Shown here: positions 1 to 13,661 of the stretch, piece after piece
Layout of the letters: the number at the start of each line of letters is the position of its first letter
Position numbering within the stretch: the first letter of the stretch is position 1
Source of the DNA: Podarcis erhardii
Lineage: Eukaryota
NCBI GenBank assembly: GCA_964252035.1
Contig: OZ176200.1
Reading direction: 5' to 3' (one strand)
Length of the DNA stretch: 64,000 nucleotides
The notes under the pieces: generated by a model
The model's database searches: none
What the model was told of the DNA's origin: nothing
The model's input: the letters and a program-made list of their open reading frames with translations, nothing else
Made by a program: the position numbers and the translations under genes

Positions 1-3000
1 GCACCCCAGAAAATGGTTCCCATAAAAACATCACCATATCCTAGCCTATACCAACCTAGTGGCCTCCTGATGTTCTGGACTACAACTCCCATCAGCCTCA
101 GCCAGCACAGGTTGCCCAAGACTGCCATGTTATCAGCTTTGCTAGTCTAACCTAGCATAAAGATCTGAGTATTCGTTCTTTAAAGCTGCCCCCCCCCCAA
201 GTCCCTATACACCGTGATGATGTGTGCTGCTGCAGCATACAGGGTGAGAAGGAAAGAAAGGGTAGCAAACCCAGTCCCTCCTCACCTTCACCGTTGCCAC
301 CAAACCAATCTTCTAATTCCCAGACGGCCACCACCAGGCAGTGCTTTAACCTCTACAACTTCTAAACTGGTCCACCCAACCATCCATATACCAGGAAGCG
401 TGGTAAGGCAATTAGAGATTAACTTTTACTGAAGGTTTTTGCAGGGTAACAATAAGGTAACAAATGTTTGTGAAAATGAGTTTTTTTGTCTTTTAAAAAA
501 GCACAATCCTTATTTTAAAAGCATTTGGAGAGCACAGATGGAGCCCCTGTAGAAAAAGAAGAGAAGGGTGCAAATGGAATCAGAAGAACTCTTGAGATGG
601 CTGGAAACTGTTAAGTGTTGACAGGAAACAGGGAAAGAGGCTACTCTCAGTTTAGCTGGATGAAATTTCCTGTGTTCTTTCTATTTGCTCTCATGAAACT
701 TGTCAAAATGTTTTTATAATTTTTTAAAAAACTTGCAGTGTTTCTGCTGCCTCTCCCCCCCACCTCTCTTTCTCTCTCCGATTGTCCAGATGTGAAGAAA
801 TGGAACTGTTTTACCATTTTATGCTTTGTTCTTTGTTATAAAATGGTTGTGTGGTTTTTAGAGGCGGTAGGGCCCAAGGCTTGATTTGGTAGTGAAGGAG
901 AAAATGAAACTTAAGGACAAAAGTTGGGTAGAGGAGAAAAATCTAATAAATTAGGGGAACTGGAAACTTTGCATGACTCTACTCTTCTGACTGGCCATGA
1001 AGCAGGGAGGGAGAATTGAAATAGTCTATGTAGGTGATAAACTAGAATACTGCAAGGACAGAACCAGTACAACAGAGACAAACTAGCTAAGGCTGCATAC
1101 ATGCCATAAAGCACATGACTTCCTTCAGAGAGTTTGGGGAACTGTAATTTACCCCACACAGCGCTACAATTTCCTGCACCCTTAACATACTACAGTTTCC
1201 ATGATTCTGTGGGGAAGTCATGTGCCCATGGGCTCTCCTTCCAATGGGAGGCCAAGGATCTACAGAACATAGCACAATTGTAACATGTTCCACAGGTCAA
1301 CCCAGCAGGTTGCAAACAGTATACAGAAGAATGGAGATCTACCCTACAACAAAGAGTTGGGAGATACTGGCTGGCACCCAATCTTGTCTATGCTCAGGAC
1401 GTGTGTCACAATAATCATTTCTGATCTGCCAGCCACACACACCCTGGCACCTTTTCATCAGTAGAAGCTGATCCGTTTGGGCAAATGGGGCACTGTCCCA
1501 CCAACTTCAGTCTGCCCTCAGCCAGCCTCTACCTGCCTGCTTTCTTACTTACAAGCATTTTAGGAAGTGATGCTCCCTGTCCGCTTCCTCCCCATAGTCT
1601 TAAGTGTTGCTGCTGTAGAACTCAGCAGGGAGAAGAATGGGAACAAAACCAGAATGAGCTGGCTCTGTCTCTCCTTGGCTCGGGCACCACCTCCTATTGG
1701 TCTCCCTGCTTTCTGGCCTGCCAGTCTCAATGGACACCAGCCACCACTGTTTTCATCATCCAATCTAAACTCAACTCTTATCCTTTAAGAGGGTTATCTT
1801 TTCCCAAACCCATTATTCCCCATCAGCAGCCTCCTTGGCACCTCAACGTTTCCAGGCTCAAGCTCTCATTCTCCAAGCACCAGTAGCCAAGTTGTTTAAC
1901 AAACCTGCTGCTGTAGTTCCCTGTACACATCCCCCCCACCCCTGTCTGGCATGATATATAGCCACTTTCCTAGGCCAGCTGCCAGCCCCTGTGGAGCAGG
2001 GAGAACATGTTTCCTAGAGGCAGTAAGCCCAAAGGGATCGGCCCTGTTGCCTCATCTACATTGATACACTCCAGGCCCCAAAGAGAAATCACACTAGAAA
2101 AGATGGATGAGACATTCCCTCCTGCCCAACACGCACCTTTATACCACTTTGTAGCCTTTTCCTGCTGGGTACAGTGTCTCAGAGGGCAAGGGCAGAAGAA
2201 CCCCCTACAGGGTTTGTCCTTACTATGCTGGAATGGGAAGCTACATTGCTATACATTCTTTCTTAACCCTCTTTTAAAAGGTGAGACATGGATCTCCTCC
2301 TCTCCAGGAGTCCAGAGAACCTGTTCAACACAATAAGAGCATAACAAACTATTGCAGTGATCTCATAGGCATGGCCAGCTTCCATATTTTGCCATGCATG
2401 TCTCCTCTGTGCTCTCAGTTGCTTGTTGCATGGAATGTTTCTTTCTTCCAGGAGTGACAGCTAGCTCCGCGATTCTGGAGCTTTAGATGCCCTTGTTCTG
2501 CCATGAAGTGGCAGCCCAGATCCAGGAACGAGAAATCATTCCCATATTTCTTCATCCGCACCCATTCTGAGAGGACCAATGACATCATTAGTGCTGTCTC
2601 CATCTTAAGGCAGCTTTGTATCAATCAACCAACCCATCAATCATTTTATTTGTATGCCACCTTTCCAAAGTTAAAACCATCCTCAAGGCGTCTTACAAGA
2701 TATAAAAACCACATAATTGCAAATGTAACAAAACAGACATAAACAATAAACAAAACATCAAAAAGAACACAACCAGATAGAACATTTTCAGCATAAATCA
2801 CGAGATCACAAAATAATATCAAGAACAGCAACTATCCCACTCCCGCTATAAAAAACCCTAAAAATACCCTAGCCCAAGAGTCATTCAGAGCCCTGCCCTT
2901 CTCCCAGGCCAGGTGGAAAAGGCCTGCAAGGCAGGGAGCAGGTCTTTCAGGACTCAAAGTCAATATGATTGTATGCCTGCAAGACCCCTTGTCCCCTATG

Positions 3001-3940
3001 TGCCTTGGATCAAACAGAATACCCATGTTGTCCAGAGCTGCTAGATCAAATGGTTTTGCATTCTGCCCACAGCAAAATCCCCTTGTGCGTGGCTGCTTCT
3101 CTGAGCTTACCTCTGATGTAGGAAAGAGGGAATATCAGCAGAAAGGACCTCTCTTTTTCCTGGTGTTCCTTTTATCTGTGCGGCTGTCACTGCCTCCATA
3201 GCTGCTCCTCCCACACTAGTCTGAGAGCGTGTGCAGGCTTCTGCTCACGGCTTGGGAGGCCACACATTGCAGAAACGGGCATGTTGGGAGCAACCACTTG
3301 AGCAGAACTTGTCTGTATGCATCCCTCGACCACTGCAGACCAGCCACCAGATGCAGCCGTAAGTGTTCTGATAACGCAATGTGCAATGGGTATCCCAGGT
3401 TCAATATTCACTGGTGGAAGGGTACCGGACTATATGGAAGCGGTTTCCACATCAAAGTGAGTGCATGTCAAGCCAATGACAGTGGGGGAGGGACAGATTC
3501 AGATTTACTGCCCCACCAAAAAACTTGGTTGCTTTAGTCACACACACATTCCCACAATAACAGATCACCCCCAGCATTCAAAACTCCAGTTGTTCTAGGT
3601 GCATTTTGTGACAGGGAATTTCATTAGTGTGAGCAGTTTCTGAGCTCGGGGCGCAGTACTGCGCCTAAAATTTCAGTTTAAACCTGCGGAATGGAAGGAA
3701 AGGAGGACCCTTTTCTGCCTCCCCACTTCCAGCTACTCTCTGAAGACTGGAGAAGAGACCCCCTTAAGAATACTTGGGGAAATATTGGGGAAACAGCACC
3801 AAGTTTATCTGAAAATGTTTCAATGCTTTGTCGCACATAGATGCTTTGTGGCTCTAACATCCATCAGAGTGCGCTAGGAGGTCTGAGGCAGGTCCTGAGG
3901 AAAAATATTCTCCTATCCATGAGCATAAGGAATAAGGAAG

Positions 3941-4120
3941 GACCATAGCTCAGTGACAGAGCATTTGCCTTGCATCCCAGGTTCAATCCCCAGCACTTCC
4001 AGGAAGGGAGGGAAAGACCCCTTTTGAAACCCTGGAGAGCAGCTGCCAGTCAGTGTAGGCCATACTGAGCTAGAGGAACCAATGGTCTTACTCCAAATAT
4101 GGCAGCATCATATGTTCCTA
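3941..4120 (+). mobile_element. tRNA-derived SINE, Squam3/MIR-related (family name tentative)
   Basis: A/B-box-like head (tagctcagtg...ggttcaatccc) followed by gaaaccctggagagc...ccagtcagtgtag...ggcagc..atgttcct; related copies at about 28840-29010 (-), 45010-45140 (-), 49385-49490 (-), 56775-56935 (+). Confidence 0.7.
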
Positions 4121-6667
4121 AGAGGCAGCTGGGTAAAGTGGGGTGACTGGCCTCTCCTATGCAGTTCTGTTTTTGACCCTGGGGAAGCGGTTTCCTCGAC
4201 ACGGCTATTACGTGTGAAAGGGGCTCTAGTCATGCAAGCGCGAGGGAGCATGTGACGTGTGGCAACAAGCAAGGAGCTCCCACATCTCATTCTCTTCCTC
4301 CCCTCCCCTCCCCGCCTCTGGCTGCCACTCCATTAACTCCGCTGGGATCAGTCGATAGCAGCGGTAATTGTTCCCTGCTAAAACGCATTCCCGCTGTTTA
4401 GAAAGGCTAATCCAGAAGCTGCAAAGGTCAAGTGCTGACATTTCCCAGCGCGGTTCCTGATGCAGAGACAGAGCCACAGGGGCCGGGGGGGGGGAGCCCC
4501 AAAGGAACCAACCTCAGGGATGGGTGTCGTATTCACGCAGGGAACACTTGCCGTTCCACCCTTCTACAAAGGTGGATAGGTCTCCCTGCCACAGGTTCTG
4601 GCTGAAAGTGCTCTGCAGACAAGGAGACTTCAGGAAAGCTTGGTGTGGAGTCCTGGTCCTCAGCCCTCTCTGCTTTATCCAGCCGATGTGTCCAAAGGAC
4701 TGGGGATCTGCCTAAGTCACTATGAACACACTCAGCTGTCAGCAAATCACTCGTATGCCTGAAGTTACATCATTCTCCCCATCCCACGCTCCCTGAAAGC
4801 ATGTTATCTCTGCTAAGGTGGTCTGTTATATAGCTGAAGGGACATTCAATAGGCAACTCTGTCCCAAAAGGGTACAAAACGGCTCTCCTATGCTCCTTGG
4901 GAGGCCTAGGCCACACCACAATGAGCAGTTCCAGCTGTGGCACTGGAAAGGTTTTCCTTTTGGAAACGTTTGCCTTTCAAATGGTTTCATCACAGTCTCA
5001 GGTGCCACATCAAAAAGGCAGACCAGAAAACCCCAAGAAACCTGTCTGTTAAGCAATGAGAAGAAACGGCAGGAGCTAAAATCCTTCAGCAGACACACTG
5101 ATGTCTTAATCCACTTCCCTCTCCCTCACTGTTGCCACCAGTGGCTCCTCAGGCTCTGGCTTTGTGGATGCCTCTCTTTCTTGATCCCCCACCCGCCTAG
5201 CCCTGCCATGCCCAGCTCTTCACCAATAACACCACAATCCACACCTAGTTTTGGGCTCTTATATCTCAACAAGGCATTAGGGATGGGGACTAGCGCCTCT
5301 TCTGGTTGGCAGGCAAGGAAAGTGCATAACTGAGCTCCTCTCTTTGCCTCTGGATAGTTTATGACTCAGTTCACAAAGTATACCCATTTTAAAAGGCATT
5401 TAATTTCCCTCTCAGTACCTGCCTCTCATGCTTTCATGCAGCGGGGAAGATGGTGCCTCAGGCTTGGGACCAAATGTGGCCCTCCGTATCTCACCATCTG
5501 GCCCTCTGGATTCTTTGCACCTTTCTTGGGTGTGTTTCTCTGACTGGGATAGGTCTTCGAACTTTGCTAATGCTTATTGCTTGCCTGGAAAGAGGATTGA
5601 GAGTGAGGTATGAATGTGTGTGAAGAAAATAGTCTACTGTACAATGATAAATTGCCAATTTATTGCTCTGCCTTCTTTTGTCCCTGACCCTGTCCACCGC
5701 CGGCATGTGGCCCACGGAAGGGAATGTGGCCCTTGAGCTGAAAACCCCCCCCCCCCGCTTTAACCAATCCCACTCGTAATCCCTCTTTTGCTACAAATTT
5801 GCAACCCTCTGTCCTAAGAATAGCCAACATGGTGCCCTTCAGGTGTTGCTGGGTTCCAAGTCCCATCAGCCCCAGCCAGTATGGCCAGTGATGGGGAATG
5901 ACAAGAGTTGGAGCCCAACAATAACTGGAGAGCCATAAATCCTCCATCCCTGCTTCACAGCCAATTCCCAAGAGCAGAAGAAACAAGCAGCATATAGGCA
6001 CAAACCTTAAATATGGCTCAGAAGGCTTTGCACAAGGGAACAGAATCTCTCTTATGAATTCCTTTACCCACAAATAATTTCTGGTGAGGACTTGGTCTAC
6101 ATTCCACCTAGCCTGGAAGGGAAACTTGGAGAATACAGAGCAGGGCCTTCTAGATTGTGGTGCCTGCTATGGGAACTCCATTCCCTTAGAAAGCCTGTCT
6201 GTGCAAAGTGTTGCAAATCTTCAGCAAAAAGATTTTAAAAACATTTTTATCTCAGGAGACTTTAATTACATTTACGTAAATGGAGGATGTTGCATTTTAA
6301 TTTGATGCTGGTCTTAAATCACTGCAGGTACGGTATTAGCAGTTGTGTGTGCTAATGGAATTGTATATTTAGGCTTTCTAAGCTGCTAAAGGGCCTTGCA
6401 TAAAAAAGGGGGGCAGAATGGGATATATTTCAAGCTTACCCTTCCTTAATTCCTGGTGTGACCTTTATGAGGAGCTGCAGGCAAGGATGGCTTAACTAAC
6501 CTGTACAGTATGCTACGCCTTTCCCCACCTTTAATCCTGCATGGTCCAAGTAGCTGGAAACAAATTGGGATAATCAAATGCTGTGGGGGACAGCGTTTTT
6601 TGTTGGCTGCAGGTAGCAAAAGCTTGTAAGGATTGTTCTTTTGTTTCTACAACCACCCTAAGAGCCC

Positions 6668-6750
6668 TTGGTAATGTAGTTTGTTAAGGGTGCTGGGAAC
6701 TGTAGCTCTGTGACGGGTAGACTACAATTCCCAGGATTATTGAGGGAGGA
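6668..6750. mobile_element. Second hairpin MITE-like family (gggaactgtagt...actacaattccc)
   Basis: Related copies at about 1133-1225, 35805-35850 and 58090-58155. Confidence 0.6.
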
Positions 6751-6949
6751 TGGTGCTTTTAATATTATGTATCTTCTAGCTCTTACACCAGACTCTGGGT
6801 CTCCTGTTCCTTTTCTCTTACCCCTTAAAATAGAACAATTTTCCTTTGCTTTGCTTGCAGGGTGGCTTTTTGCATCTACTGTATACATATTGTAAATAGG
6901 CACGTGCAAATTTCACGCTGTGCCCTTAGTCTTTTTAAGGGTCTAGCAA

Positions 6950-8850
6950 CGCCCCTGCTCCTTAGCTCGCTCTCCCTCAGGAGCGACTGATTTCAGTCTC
7001 TGCCTGTTGAAAGTCCTCAGCAATCGCAGCAGCAGCAGCAGCGCCGGCCTCGAATAAGAGGCGCGCGCCGAGGGGGGAGCCGTCCCTCCCTTCCAGCGAG
7101 GCTTCGCGTGTCCCCCCCCCCCCCGCTTTTAATCCTGCCCCTTCATCACCGTCCCCCTCATTTGCCTTCCAGCTGCGCGGCCCAGCCCTGGCAACGGCCG
7201 TTGCCTAGTCTCGGCGCGGAGGAAGGCAGGCACCAGGCGGGCGAGCATTAAACGAGAGCTCTTCACTTAACGACTTCGGCCGAGCGGCGAGCACGGGCCA
7301 CGCGGGCGCATTGGCGCGGCGAGAGGCGGGCTGGCGCGCAGCTGGGCGACGAGAACTTTTTGGAGAGCCCGCGCTGATCCACTGATTAAGCGCTCCGGGA
7401 ACCTCCCGGGATCAGGCTCTCTGCGGGCGCCGCCTTTCCAGTCTCTGCTAAGCGCCTCTCCTCCTTCCTACCCCGAGCCGTGGCGCCTTCGCTCTTTTCG
7501 CCTGCACCTCCAGTCGTTCGGCTTCCTTCCTAGATCGCTCCCCTTCCCAGGTCTCCTCGAGGTCATGGCCTCAGCGCAACTCCAGAAACACGTGTCAATT
7601 CCCTGGATGGATTCTCGTTTCACACCAACCTACCCCCGCCCCCCGCCTTTGTCAAGGGTGTTTTTTTTTGGGGGGGGAGGGTGCTTGTCACTTCCGGTCT
7701 CTCATTAATTGGGCTCCTTGACCTGGCACCTAAATTGGCGGCTGCAACTCGCGCTAAATCACCTGGTGAGCACAGCTCGTCCAGGCAGAGACGGATGCCC
7801 CCGGCCTGCTGTCATGGCAACGGGCCTCTGCCAGCAAATGGGGTCAACACAGGACCATCGATCAGGGGGCGCCATGGCGAGCATCTCCTCCCGTAAACCA
7901 GTTTTGGGTGATCTTCCACCGCAGGGCCCGTTGTTTCATCAGCACCGAGAGACATCTGTAAATCTCTCGTCTTGCTGATGGTGGGGGAGCCGAAGGGAGG
8001 AAAGCCCACGCGAGTTTCTTCTCCACGGAGAGGCCTGGTAACTCCAGAGCCATGGGGCCTCTGCAACGCCCCCGACCCCTCACGCACCCACCCCCTCGGT
8101 GTGTCAAGGGAGCTCTCAGGGCAGGGATTCCGGTTGCTCCCTGCCCGGCCCCAAAGGGTTAAACTCATTTGCATTCTGTGCCGCGCGCCAGCCGGGAATT
8201 GCACTTTTATCGGCCTGCGGTGGCGGCAGTGCTGAATTGGGCTTGGGAACTCTATTTGTGAGCGAGCGCGAGCGCCCCAATTATTCCTGGGGAGATAAAC
8301 GCAGTGGCTGGTGCCTCATTAACATTCCCCAGCCCAGGCAGCCTTAGACGGAGCTCGCTGGTGCGGCGTATTGATAAAAGCAAGCAGCTGGGAAACGCAG
8401 CATTCGCTACACCCGGTGCTATGTAAACACACGCGCGCAAGCAACATGCCCGCACGGATTGAGCCGGGCACACACGCGCGCGCCCACTGCCCGGCCGCAT
8501 CGGGTTCACACGAGCAGGGCGGGCACGCATATGTACACGCCCAAGGGCGGGTCAGCCAAAGAGGTGCACGAGTGCCTGGAGGCGCGCGCGCCTATCTTGA
8601 TCCGGACTCGATCCGGTCTGTAGTGATGGTAAAACAAGTGCAGTTTAACAACGGCCCCCACTTCAACTACTTACCTCGTGCCTGCTGCCTCCTTGTTTAA
8701 CAGGCCGCGGCCCCGCCATTTTTCCTGGCCCAGATGGTGGAGGGGAATCGGAACAAGCAAGGAGCGCTCTCTCCTCTCCACCCCAGTAGGCGGAAGTTTG
8801 GTTTGCTATTGTTACCGGCCTGCAGATATACCCATTGGTGGGAGGCACTC
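6950..8850. promoter_or_regulatory. CpG island, candidate promoter region (possibly for ASIC4, whose coding exons are not seen in this window)
   Basis: High CpG/GC content; ETS ACTTCCGG at 7690-7697, X-box-like GCTGTCATGGCAAC at 7808-7821, TTGGCGCG at 7311-7318; gene assignment rests on recalled synteny only. Confidence 0.6.
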
Positions 8851-8949
8851 AGGACTCTGTTTTGGACATGGGCCCGCTATCGATAGGGTTCCTACTATCA
8901 CTGATGAAATTAGGCTAAAATAATAACCTGGTCTACTCAGAAGTTAAAA

Positions 8950-9202
8950 AAAGGTAAAGGTAAAGGACCCCTGACAGTTAAGTCCAGTTGCAGACGACTG
9001 GGATTGCGGCGCTCATCTCACTTTACAGGCCGAGAGTTTTTCCAGGTCATGTGGCCAGCATGACTAAGCTGCTTCTGGTGAAACCAGAGCAGCACACAAA
9101 AACACCGTTTACCTTCCCCCTATTTATCTACTGGCATTTTTGGCGTGCTTTCGAACTGCTAGGTTGGCAGGAGCTGGGACCGAGCAACGGGCGCTCACCC
9201 CA
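8950..9202 (-). mobile_element. Sauria-type SINE (partial)
   Basis: (ACCTTT)n-type tail (aaaggtaaaggtaaagg on +) and the characteristic body caggtcatgtggccagcatgac...tatttatctac...gtgctttcgaactgctagg. Confidence 0.8.
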
Positions 9203-10222
9203 ACACCTTTGTCAGTAATGGAATGGAAGGCCAAGGCTTCTAGCAATTTTTTTTCTGCCTTCACTTTCCATTACCCCCACTACAGCAAACCTGTGAGATA
9301 GGGTAGGCTGAGAGATGGTGACTGACCCATTCTCACCCATTTGAGGTTCATGGCCAAGTGTGGGGTTTGGAGCTGGCTCTCCCCAGCCCATTTCTAACAC
9401 TAACCACTGTACCACACTGCCTTCTCGCCACTGCAGCAGATGAAGGAAGAAGTATTAGAGGCATTGGGGAATCACTCAGAACACTGGGCCGTGCTGTTAC
9501 ATTTTAGTCCTGACCATGAGCACATTTGTCTGTGGGTGCAGTAAACGGGGCTGAGGGGCGATTCTGTCCCTCCTCCTGGGAGCCCTTGCGAGGGCCTGTC
9601 GCTTGGCATGAGCGGCCACTGCAGGGCCTGTGCCGTGGGGAGGGACGGCCCCCCTTGGCTCCCCAGAGCCTTCAACTCCAGTTAGCGGCAGCCTCGGCAA
9701 CCCTCTGGGGCTGCCTATTGGATTCTGCTTTGCTGAGCAGAGCCTATCGATCGGGCAGTAATTAAAGTCGCTCCAAACTCCTACTCAAATTCAAGCTTGC
9801 AGAGTTTGGTGTGTGTGAGAAACACCCTGGGCCTGCAGGCAGGGAGGCCGTGTGCCAGGGCCTGGGCTTCTCTGGAGCTGCAACGGGCGAGCTCCTGACC
9901 ATGTTCAGTTCTTGCATCTCTTTGGGATTTGATGGCAGTTTCTAGGACTCAGGACACACACTGTTTGTTGTGATTTGAGACAGAAGGCTGGGGGTTTGGG
10001 GTCCTTTTCCTGCTGTTGGGGGAAACCCTAGTATGGCACAGGTGGGCAGGCTGCTGGGTATGATTCCTGTTGCTACTTGAATCCTGTGGGCTGGAAGAAG
10101 TGTTTCATCTCCCTGTCCTCCTGGACTGAAGTTTTCTCTGCCTATGTACTCCATAGATTCTGTGTAGGAAATAGCATGCAATCCAGATGCATGGCAGTTG
10201 CAGACTTCTGTTTCACTGTCTG

Positions 10223-10620
10223 TAAAGAACAAAAGGAGAGCCTGCTGGATCAGGCCAAGGGCCCATCTAATACAGCATCCCGTTTTCATAGTGACCACCC
10301 AAATGTCTATGTAGCAGGATCCGAGCACAAGAGCACTCTCCACTCCTGTCCTTCCTAGCAACTGGTATTCAGACTGCGGAGGCAGAGCATAGCCGTTATG
10401 GCTGGTAACCATCAATCGCTTTCTCTACAAATTTGTCTGATCCTCTTTTAAAGCCATGCAAGCTGATGGCTGTCATTGCCTCCTGTGGGAGTGAGTTCCG
10501 TAGTTTAACAATGCACTGTGTGAAGTACTTTCTTTTGTCTGGCCCAAATCTTCCAACATTAAGCTGCATTGGATGTCCACAAGTTCTAGTGTTATGAGAG
10601 AGGAAATTTTGGTGGTGGTA
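10223..10620 (-). mobile_element. CR1 LINE 3' end
   Basis: Reverse complement of the same tail (gagcctgctggatcaggccaagggcccatc) and ORF2 end (gtgaagtactttcttttgtctg). Confidence 0.7.
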
Positions 10621-12474
10621 TTTAGCCTAGAGAAATGGCACCTACGACATGTTGTGCTTAGCAAATCTGCTTCAAGTCTGTGTATGGCATTTGCACCCTC
10701 TGCAGAAGTCAAGGTTGAAAACCTAGAATCATTCCCAGTTTTATGTTCACGACAGCCCTGTAAGGTAGGCGAGACTGATTTGCCCAAGGTCATGGCCAGT
10801 TTTGAAATCATGCCTCCTGGCTCAAGGTCAACATTATCACATCATCTACTTACCGGTAACTGTAACATGTGTGCCAGGATGCGCCTACCAGCTGCAAAGT
10901 GGTGAGAAAGCAGCATGTCACGGTGCCTGGTCACCGTAACCCGATGTTCTCTTACGTCATTCCTCAGCAGCGCCTATGAAAAGGATGTTCTACATCTGTA
11001 GGGATTGTGTAGCATGTGAAATAGCTCTGAGAAGCAGCAACAAGGAACGCCAGCCCAGGAAAGATATTTTGCCAGGGGGGACAGAGTCATAATGAATTCC
11101 TCTCTCTCCCAATATTAAGGAGGATATTATTAGAGTACTCCTGGAGCCGAAGTGAGCTGATGGAAAGGAGGGAGATGAGGAAAGGGATATAGTGGTTTTC
11201 AAGTCCCATCTTCTGAAATCCCACTTTTGAGCAAGTTCTCACATTCTGAAGACCCCCCGACCGACAAGAGCTTTTATCCTGAGCAGAGATACCTCTGCCC
11301 CCAGCCTGTGTCATATTGCTACAGTCCGTTCCCTTGCCTGTAGGCCCCACTCTGACCACATCCCATAAGGGAGCCAGGACTCCTCCTGGCAATGGGAGGC
11401 ATCAGAGCCCTCCTCAAGTTCAGACAACCCCAACTGGAGCACCAGTCTCTAGATTGTTGCCTCGGGCTCACTCCAGAAGTCTCCACCCGGTGATACGTTA
11501 TTTATAGCTTGGGCTATCATTTTTTGTCACTGTGCAGTGTGTGCTTTGTGATCTTTCAGATCATTCATCTCGTTCATACTGATGGCATCCCTAGGAGGTG
11601 GGCTATTAATAGCCTTGCTTTACAAATTGGGGAACTGAGGCCAAGAGGCAGCCGATGAGCCCATCACTGAGAAGGGGCTTGAACAGAGGGGGTTGGCTGG
11701 GTTCATCCCTTGAAGAGAAACCAAAGAAGGGGAAAGAAAGAGAGAAACAGGAAGGTGCATTTGAAGCTGGAGTTGGGTGGGGGAATTGAAGCCTGCTGTC
11801 TGATTGCAGAGACAGAGAACTGGCATGCAAGATCTGAAAGGAGGGCAGAATCACTTATATCTCAGAGGAGCGGGGATCATGATTACTGCCCCCAGGAATG
11901 CCTGCTAATAGTATATAACCTACGTGGCTAGTTGGGGTCAAAGATTGTCATCCAGGAGACAGTATAGACCTGCACAACTTATATCCCCAAGTGGTGTAGT
12001 GGGGGGGGGGGGAATGCTGGGCAGTACGGGGCATTTTGAGAGCATGATCAGTGATGTCATATGCTGGCGTGTCAGGATAACCAACGGTGTTTCCTTGCTC
12101 TGGCAAATGAATGAGGCGATAACAAGGCTTTCAATTTTATGACGCTTTAGCATAAAGGGAGCATAAGGAAAATAAGCAGAGGCTGGGATATTTCTTTTCT
12201 TTGTTGGGGCTCCTATTTCAGGCTATCGGTTTTAAATGGTAAATTTCCTTGCAGTATTGTTTTGCATTTCGAGTTAAAAGCTGAAGGTTGCATTTCTGCT
12301 TGCTGATGCCTTTTGTTAAAGCTCGGTGTTTTATAAATTGAACCTAGGCAGACAGAAATAAGCACCACCATGTTCAATGGAGCTTGCACCCTGGAAACTG
12401 TGCATAAAATTGCAGTCACCTTGATCCTAGTAAATTGTGTATGATGCTGTGTACAACTCCTCTTTCCTCTTTTG

Positions 12475-12477
<3 letters not shown>

Positions 12478-12506
<29 letters not shown>

Positions 12507-12507
12507 G
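12478..12507. repeat. (CT)n microsatellite
   Basis: Direct read. Confidence 0.95.
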
Positions 12508-13615
12508 GACCCACACAGCTGCCTTAACTTTTGGACTGTAGCTATGGGAGCTGTCGTGATGACCTCTTGCACTTCTAAATTTCCCACAAAGCCTGCAAGC
12601 CTACGCATGTGGCCTTCTATTTGCTTGACAACACCGCCTCCTAAATTCTGGTGCAAGTACTTATCAGTCCTCAGCGGGATGAGGTTTTGGCAGAGAAGTG
12701 AAAGGGGAACCTGCAATGTGCAGAATGAAGTAGGGATCTGATGGAAGGGTCCTTGCTGAGCTCCCCCCAATCACCACTGCTACAGCTATTATACTTGTCC
12801 TGCCATCCTTTCACGCAACCTGCCCACTTAGCATGCAGAGGGGTGCCTGTCCCAGAGACACCAGCCTCACACGGGACATCACGCACTGTCTTTGTGCAGC
12901 AGCCAAGGCAGCACTCAGCTCCAAGGACATCATCTCCTCCAGACACTAGGCAAGGGCATTTGTCTCTACATTGCACCCAGGTGGGGGAAGAAACACCCCT
13001 ACACACTGCAATGCCCTCTGCTGGGAGATTCTGGGGTTGGCGTCATGCTTCTTCCCTCCCGGCTCAACATGTGCCCCTCACTGCCCCTGCAGCCTCTGCT
13101 GGGCATCCCCAGGCTACGCTGAACCTTGATGCTTTCCCCTGCAAACAATCACAGTGTGGAAAGAGTTTGCAAAGAAGCAAAGCAACAAATTGCTCTGGAC
13201 AGCTCCCTGTACATTGTCCCCAAATCCTAGCACAATACACGTAAAGTGGCAGGTTTTTTCCTCCATGATAATTAATCCAGAATAACTTCCACCCCCTGGT
13301 TTTATACTCCCAATCACTCACATGAGTTTGAAATCTCCAATTTTACTGAAAAGCATATGCTCAAAGGATGGGAAAATCCTTTAGCACTCTTTTACTCACC
13401 TCGATTGTGGGTATGACGGGCTGGTTAAAGTGTGTAAAGGGGTGACTAATCTGTATTGAGATTTGGGGCTATGTCCCTGAGGAAGGATGTGTGTCCTTGT
13501 CTCTCATTCTGGACAGCATGTTCCAGTGGCGGCCCTGGCCAGAAAATTGTCACACAGAGGATGACCAGGGGGAGGGTCAAGAAGCAGCAAGGTTGTCTGC
13601 AGGTGTGCTCTATGC

Positions 13616-13616
<1 letters not shown>

Positions 13617-13658
<42 letters not shown>
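13617..13658. repeat. Compound (TG)n(AG)n microsatellite
   Basis: Direct read. Confidence 0.95.

Positions 13659-13661
<3 letters not shown>

Noticed and set aside
11498-11507. MEF2 consensus TTATTTATAG
   Set aside because: A single 10-mer far from the muscle genes with no supporting cluster
12914-12934. REST/RE1 site CTCAGCTCCAAGGACATCATC
   Set aside because: Spacing is right but two highly conserved positions mismatch, including the G of GGACAG
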